DNA of 64,000 bases, taken from NCBI GenBank assembly GCA_963803805.1, contig CAWDOD010000002.1, positions 992,001 to 1,056,000 of the forward strand. Reading direction: 5' to 3'. The number at the start of each line of letters is the position of its first letter. Position 1 is the stretch's first letter. The notes under the pieces are model-generated. The model saw only the letters and a list, made by a program, of their open reading frames with translations, was not told where the DNA came from and made no database searches. Below are positions 1-10,589 of this stretch, piece after piece. The position numbers and the translations under genes were made by a program. This DNA is from an uncultured cyanobacterium (lineage in GTDB: Bacteria; Cyanobacteriota; Cyanobacteriia; Cyanobacteriales; CAWCAG01).

Positions 1-1
1 A

Positions 2-283
2 GAAACAACCTCAAATGCAAGTTCTTATCCCTCTGTTGAACCTGACCAAACAATTACATCTCCACCTATCAATAATCAACCAGAAACGAAGCAAGACAAA
101 GAAGATGTTGAACTAAAATTTCCTTCAAACAATTCCTTCGACTCGGTTGATGTTCCCCCTCAAGACAAGACTAACTCTCCTAAAGTAGATAAAATTCATG
201 ACGCTAACTATCGCGTTATTGAACCCCCTACCAGCCCCAATGGAGAGGTGGGAAAAGATGATGATGATGAAGAATGGATTTAA
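2..283 (+). CDS. 3' part of a hypothetical protein running in from the window edge
   Basis: Frame 2 is open from base 2 to TAA at 281-283. It ends ...IHDANYRVIEPPTSPNGEVGKDDDDEEWI*, resembling the acidic 'DANYRVI' tail of a cyanobacterial membrane-protein family. Confidence 0.6.
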   Translation, partial: ETTSNASSYPSVEPDQTITSPPINNQPETKQDKEDVELKFPSNNSFDSVDVPPQDKTNSPKVDKIHDANYRVIEPPTSPNGEVGKDDDDEEWI

Positions 284-483
284 TCTTTACAGCCTGAAAA
301 AATCAACTCTCGCGACTGTTGCCTTACCCTACCCAGCATCGCTGCTTGCTGCAAAGTCATGAAGGCTTCAAAATCCTCCTGACAATATTTTTTCCTGAGT
401 AATTGTCTTAATATTTCCTCCGCTTCCACTGTTAAATAACCAGTTTCCAAAGCCTGTCTAACCACATCACGAATGAATTCCAT
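280..483 (-). CDS. Small conserved cyanobacterial hypothetical protein
   Basis: 67 aa ORF with the IRDVVRQALETGYLTVEAE...LQQA..GRVRQQSRE pattern typical of a small cyanobacterial family. Confidence 0.7.
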   Translation of the reverse strand: MEFIRDVVRQALETGYLTVEAEEILRQLLRKKYCQEDFEAFMTLQQAAMLGRVRQQSRELIFSGCKD

Positions 484-913
484 TTTCTTAAACTCTACTT
501 TTAGTAAAAATGCACCTTGAAAATACTGAAGCAGTTTTGCCTTTAATTATGTATTTCCCAGTAATTGGACTGGGAATAAAATTTACTAACAAAACGTAAT
601 AAGAGAAAGACCTTGGGTAATATCACTAGTAATTATTAAAATTACTATGAAGATACTGCAAAATGTAAAAGAAATACCAGCTAAATGTCAATAGCCTTTG
701 GTGTAAATTAAGTACTTGTCTTATAGTTTCTCTCAAAAGGCACTTTTGTTAATTGCGGTGCAGAGGTCGGAACGAAGCGCCACCTATGGGTGCATTCACA
801 AGCTAACAAGCGCAAGGGAACGCGCACCGGTTGACAATTAATAATTGACAATTAATAATTATTTGATTTGGTTGAAAACTTCTCCTTGAAGAAAAAAAGA
901 AAACCAGATATAA

Positions 914-1468
914 ATGATGATGATGAATAACCCTTTAAAAGGTATTAATGTTTTCCTCATTGGTATGATGGGGGCAGGAAAAACTAGTGTTGGCAAGAGT
1001 TTAGCCCAAAAGTTAAGTTACCGTTTTTTTGATACAGATATTCTGTTAGAAAAAGTTGTAGGTCAAAGTATCGAAGAAATATTTGCAACCCAAGGAGAAG
1101 AGGTTTTCCGAGAGCTAGAGAGTAAAGTCTTAGGACAACTATGTGCCTATACCAAAAGCGCGATCGCCACAGGGGGAGGCATTATTTCAAAACAAGAAAA
1201 CTGGGGCTATCTTCACCACGGTTTGATTGTTTGGTTAGATGCCCCTGTGGAACTTTTGGTTCAGCGTCTGGCTACAGATACCACCAGACCTTTATTGAAA
1301 GAAACAGATCCCACCCAAAAATTAACATCCCTACTTGCCAATAGACAATCTCTTTATTCTCAAGCCGATTTGCAAATCAAAATTAAGCCAGACCAATCTC
1401 CAGAGCAAATTTCTGAGCAAATTTTGGCTCAAATTCCGACAGTCTTGAAAAATAAAGTTCATTCTTAG
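914..1468 (+). CDS. aroK: Shikimate kinase
   Basis: Walker A GMMGAGKT, DTD, FRELE, ATGGG and RPLL motifs. Confidence 0.95.
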   Translation: MMMMNNPLKGINVFLIGMMGAGKTSVGKSLAQKLSYRFFDTDILLEKVVGQSIEEIFATQGEEVFRELESKVLGQLCAYTKSAIATGGGIISKQENWGYLHHGLIVWLDAPVELLVQRLATDTTRPLLKETDPTQKLTSLLANRQSLYSQADLQIKIKPDQSPEQISEQILAQIPTVLKNKVHS

Positions 1469-1542
1469 GAATAGCCAGCTATAATGATAAATTTGGGTTA
1501 GATTTTATTACCTAAAAGTAAATGTAGGAGAAAGAAAGTTAT

Positions 1543-2151
1543 ATGTCTCGTTATAGAGGCCCGCGTTTGCGGGTTATTCGTCGTCTAGGAGAACTACCAG
1601 GCTTAACTCGCAAAAATGCCCGTAGAGCTTATCCTCCCGGAGAACATGGCCAAGCACGCCGTAAGCGCTCAGAATATGCTATTCGCTTAGAAGAAAAGCA
1701 AAAACTACGCTACAACTACGGTGTAACGGAAAAGCAACTGATTAGCTATGTTCGTAAAGCGAGACGGGCTACAGGTTCTACGGGGCAATCTTTACTACAA
1801 TTACTAGAAATGCGCCTAGATAATACAGTGTTTCGTTTAGGAATGGCTGGTACAATTCCTGGAGCGCGACAATTAGTAAGCCATGGTCACGTTACTGTTA
1901 ATGGCAGAGTGCTGAACATTCCTAGCTATCAATGTCGTCCTGGAGATGTCATTAGTGTTAAGGATAAAGCGGCTTCTCGCAAGCTTGTAGAAGCGAATAT
2001 GGAATATCCTGGTTTAGCAAATATTCCCAGTCACTTAGAATTTGATAAAAATACTTTGACGGGTAAGGTTAACGGTGTTGTGGATCGCGAATGGATCGCC
2101 CTACAAATCAACGAACTACTCGTGGTTGAGTACTACTCCCGTAAGGCTTAA
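1543..2151 (+). CDS. rpsD: 30S ribosomal protein S4
   Basis: [10 protein letters not shown] start, [23 protein letters not shown] end. Confidence 0.99.
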   Translation: MSRYRGPRLRVIRRLGELPGLTRKNARRAYPPGEHGQARRKRSEYAIRLEEKQKLRYNYGVTEKQLISYVRKARRATGSTGQSLLQLLEMRLDNTVFRLGMAGTIPGARQLVSHGHVTVNGRVLNIPSYQCRPGDVISVKDKAASRKLVEANMEYPGLANIPSHLEFDKNTLTGKVNGVVDREWIALQINELLVVEYYSRKA

Positions 2152-2164
2152 TTATTTGTTCCGA

Positions 2165-2229
2165 GTAATTAAGTAATAAGTAATAAGTTCAAGAATATAC
2201 TATTACCTATTACTTATTACTTATTACCT
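2165..2229. repeat. Heptamer tandem repeats (STRR-type), TAATAAG followed by inverted TTATTAC units
   Basis: Visible between rpsD and ureF. The same heptamer recurs near 57135, 58403, 59690 and 61245. Confidence 0.8.
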
Positions 2230-2231
2230 TT

Positions 2232-2918
2232 ATGGTACTACGCCTACTCCAACTAGCCAGTTCAGCCTTACCAGTTGGGGCTTATAATTATTCTGAAGGA
2301 TTAGAATTCTTAGTCGAAAAAGGCGCGATTACAACTCCAGAAAGTTTAGAATCTTGGTTAGAACAAGAATTAGTTTTTGGAGTTATTCGTCTAGAAACTG
2401 CCGTTATGGTGCGCTCTCATAATTGTTTGACTACAGGTAATTTAGCAAAACTAAATTATTGGAATAACTGGCTTAGTGCCAGTAAAGAAACGGCAGAATT
2501 GCGTCAACAAAGTTGGCAAATGGGAAGTACTTTGATGCGTTTGTTGGGAGATATGCCTCTTGGTCAGCAAGACAAAAATCTTCCTACTTGGCAACAAGTT
2601 ACCGCTAATTTAGATAAGCCCTCTAATTACGGAATCGCCTTTGGAGTAGGGGCAGCTTACTGGCAAATAAGAATTGAAGAAGCAATCCTTGGTTACTTAC
2701 AAAGTTGGGCAACTAATCTTATTGGTGTCGGGGTTAAGTTAATTCCTTTAGGTCAAACAAAAGGTCAGCAATTATTATTTAAGCTTGACTCTCAAATAAG
2801 TGATATAGCAAAGGAAGTAATAACTTTGGAAGATGAGGATTTATGTAGTTGTGGTTGGGGCTTAAGTTTAGCAAGTATGGCTCATGAGACTCAATATACG
2901 AGGTTATTTCGTAGTTGA
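2232..2918 (+). CDS. ureF: Urease accessory protein UreF
   Basis: LQLASSALPVGAYNYSEGLE start, KLIPLGQT, and terminal HETQYTRLFRS. Confidence 0.95.
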   Translation: MVLRLLQLASSALPVGAYNYSEGLEFLVEKGAITTPESLESWLEQELVFGVIRLETAVMVRSHNCLTTGNLAKLNYWNNWLSASKETAELRQQSWQMGSTLMRLLGDMPLGQQDKNLPTWQQVTANLDKPSNYGIAFGVGAAYWQIRIEEAILGYLQSWATNLIGVGVKLIPLGQTKGQQLLFKLDSQISDIAKEVITLEDEDLCSCGWGLSLASMAHETQYTRLFRS

Positions 2919-2964
2919 TAAATAAAGTATCACTATTGCAGAAAAAGCCAACTATTTTGATTAC

Positions 2965-2977
2965 ACGTGAGTTCGAC
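2965..2977. mobile_element. Solo IS982-type terminal inverted repeat
   Basis: ACGTGAGTTCGAC is identical to the first 13 nt of the IR at 15615-15627 (reverse complement). Confidence 0.55.
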
Positions 2978-2991
2978 ATTCCCAGCAATCA

Positions 2992-4140
2992 TCAATTATC
3001 AATTATCAATTCCTTCTCATACATACGATACTTTTTATATAAATAACTACCGCTAGCTTCAATTATTTTACGAGAAGGAAAATTGTCTTCCCAAACCCAA
3101 GATGAATCTGTTCGTTTGTAAGGCTTCCCTTTTTTTATGCCCCCCTGCAAAGACAAATACATCAAAGCTAGAGGAATTAGCTTACGACGATGTTCTGGTA
3201 AAGAACAAATAACAATTACCCTCGCTTGATCAATTTGACGACGATACCAAAGAAACTTGAGAATACCAAGCCAATTGAGCTTGCCATTAACTTGTTTGAG
3301 GGGAATATTATAATCTGGTATAGCCATGAGAAAACCTACCATTTCCCCTTCATATTCAGCGATTGGAAAAATATCCGGGTCTATTAACGGTTGTAACTCC
3401 TTTGCTTCTTCAAAAAACTCTTCCTCGCTACGGGGGGTAGAACTCCAGTTATCAGCAAAAGTTTTAGTGAATAATTGATAGATACTACGGCAATCCTGTT
3501 CAAATTCTGCCCCTTTGGTATGAACAGGGCGGAAGTTTACACCTGACTTACAAGCAATGCGATAAGACTTAACGTACTTTTCCGGTACGAACTTTTCTAA
3601 AGGCATATCATAAGCATAAGCATCTTTAGCTTTGTGCAAACCAGCTTGTTCAAAAAACTGGGGGTAATAGGTAGGATTGTAAGCTGTCATGATTACAGGA
3701 GGAGAATCAAACCCTTCAATTAAACATAAACAGTTATTGTGGGTAGATAAGTCAATTGGCCCCCTGAGTAGGTTTATATTGCGATCGCGCAACCATTGGG
3801 AAGCAGCATCTAATAACCCTTGGGCAATAGAAAAGTCTTCAATACATTCAAAGTAACCAAATAAACCAATTGATTCACCTGTTTTTTCAATTAATCTGTT
3901 ATTAATGGCAGCAACAATTCTGCCGATAGGTTTTCCCTCCGTTAGGGCAATAAACTGTTGAAACTTGCCATACTCCAAAAAAGGATTGCTAACTGATAAA
4001 GCTAACTGCTTGGCAATACTGCTACGAATAGGAGGAACCCAGTTAGGGTCATTTGCATATACCCTAGCTGGTACGTCCAAAAACATTTCCCTGTCTGCTG
4101 GGTTGACAACAGCTTTAATTTTGAAATTTGTTTCGCTCAT
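2992..4140 (-). CDS. GNAT-fold acyltransferase-like protein (YghO-like)
   Basis: DPNWVPP, GRIVA, GLFGYFEC, LRGP, YNPTYY, SWVWEDN..SRK, YKKYRMYEK motifs. Confidence 0.75.
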   Translation of the reverse strand: MSETNFKIKAVVNPADREMFLDVPARVYANDPNWVPPIRSSIAKQLALSVSNPFLEYGKFQQFIALTEGKPIGRIVAAINNRLIEKTGESIGLFGYFECIEDFSIAQGLLDAASQWLRDRNINLLRGPIDLSTHNNCLCLIEGFDSPPVIMTAYNPTYYPQFFEQAGLHKAKDAYAYDMPLEKFVPEKYVKSYRIACKSGVNFRPVHTKGAEFEQDCRSIYQLFTKTFADNWSSTPRSEEEFFEEAKELQPLIDPDIFPIAEYEGEMVGFLMAIPDYNIPLKQVNGKLNWLGILKFLWYRRQIDQARVIVICSLPEHRRKLIPLALMYLSLQGGIKKGKPYKRTDSSWVWEDNFPSRKIIEASGSYLYKKYRMYEKELIIDN

Positions 4141-4156
4141 CCTGGACTTTATTTAA

Positions 4157-5446
4157 TTAAGCACTGATTGTTCTAGCTGTTGGTTTATACAAAGCCTCTC
4201 TGGTGGCGATTAAAGCTTCTACCAAACGATCCATTTCTTCTTGGGTATGGAGGGCATTAGCGGTGATCCGGAGGCGAGGCTTGGCAATAAACCAAATGGG
4301 AGATACCCAAATACCATGTTTTTCCATGAGATGGGTGGCAAATTCTTTGGGATTTAATTCTTCTGGCAGGAGGACAGGAATCACATTAGTTTCTCCGATG
4401 GCCGCAAAATCATTTTCCAACAGATGAGATCGCAAGTAACGGGTATTTTCTTGGAGAGTAGCTACAAGTTGGGGTTGGGAACGAACTTGGCGAATACTTG
4501 CTAAAGCTGCTGCTGTTGTGGGTGGTGGCAAGGAAATAGTACCAATGGAAGTAGGGCAAACATCTAACAAATCGATTAATTCACTAACATGACTGCTAAT
4601 AGCTGCCCCCGCCGAAGCTGCAAACTTAGAAAAAGTTGTCATAATCAAAGGCACTACCCCTTTGTCAATAACCTGTTGGGGCAAGATACCAAAATGTTCA
4701 TAAATGCCCCTTCCCGTAGCGCCAATTGCCCCACTAGCATGGGCCTCATCCATGACAATCACACTACCAGGATAATCCGCTAAAACCTCAATCATCTCTG
4801 GTAAAGGGGCAATATCTCCATCCATAGAAAATACCGCATCAGAAACCACCAAAATACGATCATCAGGACGGGCATAGCGACGCAGTTTTCGGGCTAAATC
4901 CTGAACATCACAATGGCGATAGGGCTTAACCCTCACCCTGGGGCTATGACCATAAACCTTACCCGAACGAGTTCCGGCATTAACCACAGCAGAAAGGATA
5001 CAACCGTGGTTAAGGACATCGGTAAGAATCAAAGTTTCGCGGGTATGTTTAAAACCAGGAACCCTAGCAGCTAGGTGGCAAAATCCATCCATCAATGCTT
5101 GCATAGCCATCCAAGCATTGAGAAACAGGTGGGTATGGGGTAAATGCTTAAAATCAGAAATTTCTTGTTCTAGCTGTCTGTGGAGGTCAATGCGACCGCT
5201 CAATACAGAACAAGAACTATTGGAAGTGCCGTATTGATAAATAGCATCAATGGCTGCTTGCTTCACAGATTCTGATTGTACTAAACCCAGAACATCATTA
5301 GTACAAAAGGTCAAAACCGTCCTTAATTTACCGCTCTTATCTTCTTCAATTTCAACTAAATTACCTTTCTTGTGATGGCAGATAAATTTATCGGGATAAA
5401 GTCCACTTTCATGGAGGCCTTGCATATAATCTTTGACAACTTGCAC
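4157..5446 (-). CDS. PLP-dependent alpha-oxoamine synthase (BioF/serine palmitoyltransferase family)
   Basis: NHGCI, DAVFSMDGDIAPL, DEAH and TFSK (Schiff-base Lys) motifs. GTG at 5446 is preceded by AGGAG, so I prefer it to the TTG at 5542. Confidence 0.85.
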   Translation of the reverse strand: MQVVKDYMQGLHESGLYPDKFICHHKKGNLVEIEEDKSGKLRTVLTFCTNDVLGLVQSESVKQAAIDAIYQYGTSNSSCSVLSGRIDLHRQLEQEISDFKHLPHTHLFLNAWMAMQALMDGFCHLAARVPGFKHTRETLILTDVLNHGCILSAVVNAGTRSGKVYGHSPRVRVKPYRHCDVQDLARKLRRYARPDDRILVVSDAVFSMDGDIAPLPEMIEVLADYPGSVIVMDEAHASGAIGATGRGIYEHFGILPQQVIDKGVVPLIMTTFSKFAASAGAAISSHVSELIDLLDVCPTSIGTISLPPPTTAAALASIRQVRSQPQLVATLQENTRYLRSHLLENDFAAIGETNVIPVLLPEELNPKEFATHLMEKHGIWVSPIWFIAKPRLRITANALHTQEEMDRLVEALIATREALYKPTARTISA

Positions 5447-5605
5447 TTCTTCTACTCCTGGTGACCTTTTCCTAAATAACCTTTTGGCTCTGCTTGTAAT
5501 GATGCTGTGCGCTCTAGCACCTAATGTCTCCTCTACATCCAAGAACTAAATAATGACTATCTTTAATGACTGATTTGCCCAAGAGCAAGTTTCAAAGCAT
5601 TATAC

Positions 5606-6712
5606 TCAGTTTAAAGATACCGAGTCATTGGCATTCTTATTAAGATTAGGAGACGATTGACTAGATTGTTGCACAAATTTTTCATATTGCCGGATAATTA
5701 GTCGCTGAAGAGCAATAATAGCAGGATTTATTTCCACATATTTTCTCTGAGGATTAGCAAGATAGTTTTTTTGTTCGCTTTCAATCATGGCAATATCTTG
5801 AAGCAGGAATTTTTTGAGTAAAAAGCGCCAAATAAATTTACTGAGTAAGGGTTTGCATTTAGCGATTAACCACTGAGGTAAGGGTAATTTCAAGAACAAT
5901 AGGGAAAAGGAACGGGTTTCTTGTGGCCCCACAGGTAAACGCATTAAATACATCGAAGAAACCCCTTCTAAGGAACTGTAGTAGTGGGGATAACGATAAC
6001 GGATAGAGATATTTTTAGTTGTGACTTGATTGGCTTGGCTACTAAGTCCAAGAATCTTGGATAGAAAGCCCCGATAAGAAATTTGATAATCCGCTTGCAG
6101 TTCCCCTGAACTTTGCTGCAAATTAAGTAAAACCGGATCGAACCAGCCTTGTATATCCTGATGCAAGAAACCATGGAAAACATCCATCGTATTTTCATTA
6201 CAGATGGAAAAATGGGCTTGAAAATGAGCTGGTATAGGAATGGCAATTAATTGAGGATCACTATACTCTGGTACTTCTGGGGGCTGAGATTGGGCTGCTA
6301 AAGTAGGTTCTCCAGGAAAAACCCAAATTATGCCATATTGATCTAAAGTTGGATAGCTACGGGCTTGGGCGCAGGGCAATTTTTGTTCTGGGGGTAAATA
6401 AGGGATTTTTACACATTTACCATCTTCGCCAAATTCCCAACCGTGATAGGGGCAAACAAGATTGTCACCATGTACAGCACCATTATGAAGGGCTACACCT
6501 TTATGGGGACAAGCATCTGCCAAAGCGTGAACTTTTTTATTCTGGTCACGATAAACAGCGATCGCCTCTTGCCAAATTACAACACGGAGAATTTTCCCTG
6601 CTTTAATTTCATGGCTCCAAGCTACAGGATACCAATGGTTAGGGTCTATCCCAACTTCTCTAATTCTCTGAATTTGAACATTCTGGCTTTGTAAGGTGGG
6701 AGCCAGTTTCAT
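5606..6712 (-). CDS. Rieske non-heme iron oxygenase, alpha subunit
   Basis: CPH...CPYHGW Rieske ligands and ENTMDVFHGFLH mononuclear iron motif. ATG at 6712 follows AGGAG. Confidence 0.9.
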   Translation of the reverse strand: MKLAPTLQSQNVQIQRIREVGIDPNHWYPVAWSHEIKAGKILRVVIWQEAIAVYRDQNKKVHALADACPHKGVALHNGAVHGDNLVCPYHGWEFGEDGKCVKIPYLPPEQKLPCAQARSYPTLDQYGIIWVFPGEPTLAAQSQPPEVPEYSDPQLIAIPIPAHFQAHFSICNENTMDVFHGFLHQDIQGWFDPVLLNLQQSSGELQADYQISYRGFLSKILGLSSQANQVTTKNISIRYRYPHYYSSLEGVSSMYLMRLPVGPQETRSFSLLFLKLPLPQWLIAKCKPLLSKFIWRFLLKKFLLQDIAMIESEQKNYLANPQRKYVEINPAIIALQRLIIRQYEKFVQQSSQSSPNLNKNANDSVSLN

Positions 6713-7049
6713 GCGCAACTCCTATCTTCAATAATAATTTAGTGACAATCTATTTAGAGTCGCATAATACCAGACTGGGCAACTATAGTAGCCCATAAGT
6801 TTAGGCCCGCATCAATGCAATAACTGTCACAAATATAGCGAAAAGTAGAAAAATAGCGCTTTTACTAGGGGATAAATGTCGCATTTAAAGCTGATATCAA
6901 GCTTAATACCTCCTAGAGAGCAACTATGATTTCAACTTTTCGCGCCAAGATGTTGTTTATTTGTCATATTGATTTGTGGTGCAGTAACCTCTTAAGACAA
7001 CTTTTGAGCATTTTTTCTGTATAGCAGTTTATTTTTTTAGAATCTTATA

Positions 7050-8225
7050 ATGTTAAGCGATCGCAAAATCATGGGGCAGGAAAACTTAAGACTGCCTTTA
7101 GTTCTGCTGGCTGGTTCGTTGATTACTATGGCAGGAGGAGTTTTAGCGCCAATCTTACCAGAGTTGGCACAACAGTTAAATCTCAACCCCGTTTTAGTAG
7201 GAAATTTAGTTAGTATTCATTGTTTAACCCTAGCTTTATTTTGTTTGCCCTTGGGGATATTAACGGATCAACTCAGCCCTTCTAAAGTATTAATTCCTTC
7301 TCTTGCTCTCTATAGTATTTTCGGCTGTGCAGGTGCTTTGATGACAGACTTTTGGCCTTTACTGGCTACAAGGGCTTTATTAGGTGCTGCTAGCGGCGGT
7401 ATTGCAGCAGCCAGTTTGGGTTGGTTGGGGCAAGAATATGAAGGGGAAGAACGTTCCCAGGCTATTGGTTATGCTACAGCAACTTTAACTATCGCTGGCA
7501 TTATTTGCCCTTTACTAGGGGGTTGGTTAGGCTCTTGGAACTGGCGATGGGCTTTTTGTTTATATGGAGTAGGTTTACCCCTAGCTTTTCTTACTGCTTG
7601 GATTATTGCACCTAGTGAATCCCGCAGCCGTGGCAAAGCCCACGCTGTACCTGATCTTGATAAAACTTTCAGAAAGCTATTGCGTCATCGGGCTTTTTGG
7701 CGACTCTTAGTAAGTTTAGGGATGGCTTCTTTGGTTATGTATGCTGTATTTATTTATTTACCTCTTTACCTCAAACAAACCAGCAATACTACCCCGACTT
7801 TAAATGGCTTGTTGCTAGCTTGTGAATCCCTTGGTGCAGCCCTAATCTCAGCTTTTGGTGTTCAACCCCTTGCTCAAAAAATTGGTCGCGATCGCTCTAC
7901 AGCTATAGGTTTTACCCTCATGGCAGGAATGTTAGCAATTATTCCCCTATTTCAAGATTATGTTGCTCTACTTTTTGTCGCGATCTTTTTTGGGATCGGG
8001 CTGGGGTTAGTTATTCCCAACACCTACAATACCCTAGCTAATTTAGCACCACAAAAACTACAAGGAAGTATTCTCGCCACAGGAACTGGAGCTAGCTTTC
8101 TGGGGCAATTTCTTAGTCCCATCCTCTTAGGGCCAATTCTTGGTATTGGGGATATAACCTGGGTTTTTTATACTGCTGCGGCTGTAGCTTTGACTGGAGG
8201 ATGTATTTTATTCTACAAGACCTAA
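7050..8225 (+). CDS. MFS transporter
   Basis: About 12 hydrophobic segments, GILTDQLS motif-A-like loop, GWLGSWNWRWAF. Confidence 0.9.
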   Translation: MLSDRKIMGQENLRLPLVLLAGSLITMAGGVLAPILPELAQQLNLNPVLVGNLVSIHCLTLALFCLPLGILTDQLSPSKVLIPSLALYSIFGCAGALMTDFWPLLATRALLGAASGGIAAASLGWLGQEYEGEERSQAIGYATATLTIAGIICPLLGGWLGSWNWRWAFCLYGVGLPLAFLTAWIIAPSESRSRGKAHAVPDLDKTFRKLLRHRAFWRLLVSLGMASLVMYAVFIYLPLYLKQTSNTTPTLNGLLLACESLGAALISAFGVQPLAQKIGRDRSTAIGFTLMAGMLAIIPLFQDYVALLFVAIFFGIGLGLVIPNTYNTLANLAPQKLQGSILATGTGASFLGQFLSPILLGPILGIGDITWVFYTAAAVALTGGCILFYKT

Positions 8226-8378
8226 GCATTTCTCCTAGCCAACCCCTAATTATCCCACTTCATTTATCTCTCTAAATTGCCCAACTCACCAACTTTCCCA
8301 TTTTCCCTTGTCCCCCTCCTCTCCAAATGGGAAGATAAAAACTAGGAAGCCTACATTAAATTAATAATTTATCAATTT

Positions 8379-9512
8379 ATGAAACTTACAGAAACTTTTT
8401 TCGGCAAGCAATGGCGGCGTTTGCTAAAAACCAGTCTAGTTGCCCTTCTGATGGTTAGTCTTTCCGTAGGATTGAGTGGTGCTTGGTGGAACTTTGGCGA
8501 AGAGGAAAATTCTTACCGTGAGAGTAGGTTGCCCCAAGGTAATGCCATTACTGATCCGACAGCTATTTTGCGTTACGCCCTACCGATTGAAAACGATACC
8601 ATTAGGAAATTACAACAAAGCTTAGAAGATATTGCTAATGAGCTACGAGGCAAGCGTTGGAGTCCCATTAGTCGAGATGTCAAAGAAGCTTCTAGGTTTT
8701 TGGGTAGTAGCGACAAAATTTTAGCTAGTATTCCTGTGGAGTATCAACCCCAAGCAGAATCTTTACTTACTCAAATGAAGGATGAAGTTAGTCAACTTCG
8801 TGAAGCAGTTGAGGCACAAGATAAAGAATTAGTTTGGACATTACGGCGAGAAATATTGGCGCAAATAACAGATTTAGAAGAGTTTATGGTAGCAGAATTT
8901 CCTTTTGAAGTTCCTGCTGAATATGCTAATTTACCTCAACTAAAAGGTCGTGCCACTGTAGAAATGAAGACCGATAAAGGTGATTTAGTATTAGTGGTAG
9001 ATGGTTATAATTCCCCAGTTACCGCCGGAAATTTCGTTGATTTAGTCGAAAAAGGTTTTTACGACGGCTTACCATTTATTCGCGCTGAAGATAATTATGT
9101 TCTGCAAACAGGAGATCCTAATGGACCAGAGGAAGGTTATGTAGATCCTAAAACTGGAGAATATCGCGCTATTCCTTTAGAAATTAAAATCAGAAGTGAA
9201 TTAGAACCGATTTATGGCAATACTCTAGAAGAACTTGGTTTATATCGCGAAGAAACAGTATTACCTTTTTCTGCCTATGGCGCTTTAGGTATGGCCCGTC
9301 CTGGCAATGAACCTAATGGTGGTTCTTCCCAATTTTTCTTCTTCTTATTTGTACCAGAATTAACCCCTGCTGGACTTAATCTTTTAGACGGTCGCTATAC
9401 AGTTTTTGGTTATACAGTGGAAGGCAAAGAAGTATTAGAGCAACTCAGAGCCGGAGATGAAATTATCTCAGCTAAAGTAGTAGATGGTTTGGATAATTTG
9501 GTGAAAAGCTAA
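8379..9512 (+). CDS. Cyclophilin-type peptidyl-prolyl isomerase (TLP40/CYP38-like, exported)
   Basis: N-terminal signal, LRYALPI helical domain, LPQLKGRATV, PVTAGNFVDLV, LDGRYTVFGY. Confidence 0.9.
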   Translation: MKLTETFFGKQWRRLLKTSLVALLMVSLSVGLSGAWWNFGEEENSYRESRLPQGNAITDPTAILRYALPIENDTIRKLQQSLEDIANELRGKRWSPISRDVKEASRFLGSSDKILASIPVEYQPQAESLLTQMKDEVSQLREAVEAQDKELVWTLRREILAQITDLEEFMVAEFPFEVPAEYANLPQLKGRATVEMKTDKGDLVLVVDGYNSPVTAGNFVDLVEKGFYDGLPFIRAEDNYVLQTGDPNGPEEGYVDPKTGEYRAIPLEIKIRSELEPIYGNTLEELGLYREETVLPFSAYGALGMARPGNEPNGGSSQFFFFLFVPELTPAGLNLLDGRYTVFGYTVEGKEVLEQLRAGDEIISAKVVDGLDNLVKS

Positions 9513-9596
9513 TTGCTATTAGCTAGTCGCTAGTTGCTATTGGCTAGTTGCAAAACATCAGACTTCAAAGGATATTTTGTTTTGGGAATGTTCTGA

Positions 9597-10577
9597 GTGG
9601 AAACCGTTCAAGATATTGGCGAACAGGGATTGCTGAAAATCCTACAAAAGTTCTGTCCCCAACATATTGTTGGAGATGACGGAGCCGTTGTAGAAACACA
9701 GAATAATCAATCTCTGGTTGTCACCACCGATGTTTTAGTTGATGGAGTCCATTTTAGCGATCGCACCACTAATGCAGAAGATGTTGGTTGGCGTTCAGCA
9801 GCCGCTAATTTATCAGATTTAGCTGCAATGGGGGCAACTCCTGTAGGTATTACCATCGGTTTGAGTTTGCCTGGAGAAGTCCCAGTTGATTGGGTTATCA
9901 AGCTTTACAAAGGAATTAATAGTTGTTTAAGCAAATATAAAACAGTAATTCTTGGTGGTGATATTTGTCGGTCTTCTGTCATCACTATTTCTATCACTGC
10001 CTTTGGTCAAGTTTCACCTCACCAAGTTATCCGTCGCCAGACCGCTAAACCAGGAGATGCCATCATGGTTACTGGTTTTCATGGTGGCTCAAAAGCAGGG
10101 CTAGAACTCCTGCTTAATCCAGAATTAGGTCAAGGACTCACCGAGGTAGAAAGAAGGGGGTTAATCGCCTTTCATCAAAGACCTCAGCCCCGATTAGATG
10201 TCTTACCTCACCTCCAATTTCCTGTCGCTGGGATGGATAGTAGCGATGGTTTGGCTGATGCGGTTATACAAATTTGTAACTGTAGCCAAGTGGGGGCAAA
10301 ACTTGAGCGCAATCTGATTACTTTTCCTGAAGCTTTACTCAAGTTAGTTTCTCCTCAACAGGCTCTAAATTGGGCTTTGTATGGAGGAGAAGATTTTGAA
10401 TTAGTACTTTGTTTACCAAAGCAAAATGCTAAAGAGTTGCTTAGTGAGTTAAATGTGGGAGCCGCAATTATTGGGGAAATAACTGACAGAAAAGAGGTTG
10501 AGTTAAGAGATAGTACTCAAGCTTTTCCCTCAGAAATTTTGACTATCTCCCAAGGCTTTCAACATTTTTCAAACTAG
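9597..10577 (+). CDS. thiL: Thiamine-monophosphate kinase
   Basis: GDDGAV, DVLVDGVHF, NLSDLAAMGA, MDSSDGL, GGEDFEL. Confidence 0.95.
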   Translation: METVQDIGEQGLLKILQKFCPQHIVGDDGAVVETQNNQSLVVTTDVLVDGVHFSDRTTNAEDVGWRSAAANLSDLAAMGATPVGITIGLSLPGEVPVDWVIKLYKGINSCLSKYKTVILGGDICRSSVITISITAFGQVSPHQVIRRQTAKPGDAIMVTGFHGGSKAGLELLLNPELGQGLTEVERRGLIAFHQRPQPRLDVLPHLQFPVAGMDSSDGLADAVIQICNCSQVGAKLERNLITFPEALLKLVSPQQALNWALYGGEDFELVLCLPKQNAKELLSELNVGAAIIGEITDRKEVELRDSTQAFPSEILTISQGFQHFSN

Positions 10578-10589
10578 TTGTTTTCTGTT

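Noticed and set aside
751-830. GC-rich intergenic patch upstream of aroK as ncRNA or MITE
   Set aside because: Only a 5-bp terminal complement (GGTGC/GCACC) and a single copy in the window, so it is unsupported.
4157-5446. Assigning bioF
   Set aside because: Family motifs are present, but no bio genes are nearby and the sequence is divergent, so the substrate cannot be called.
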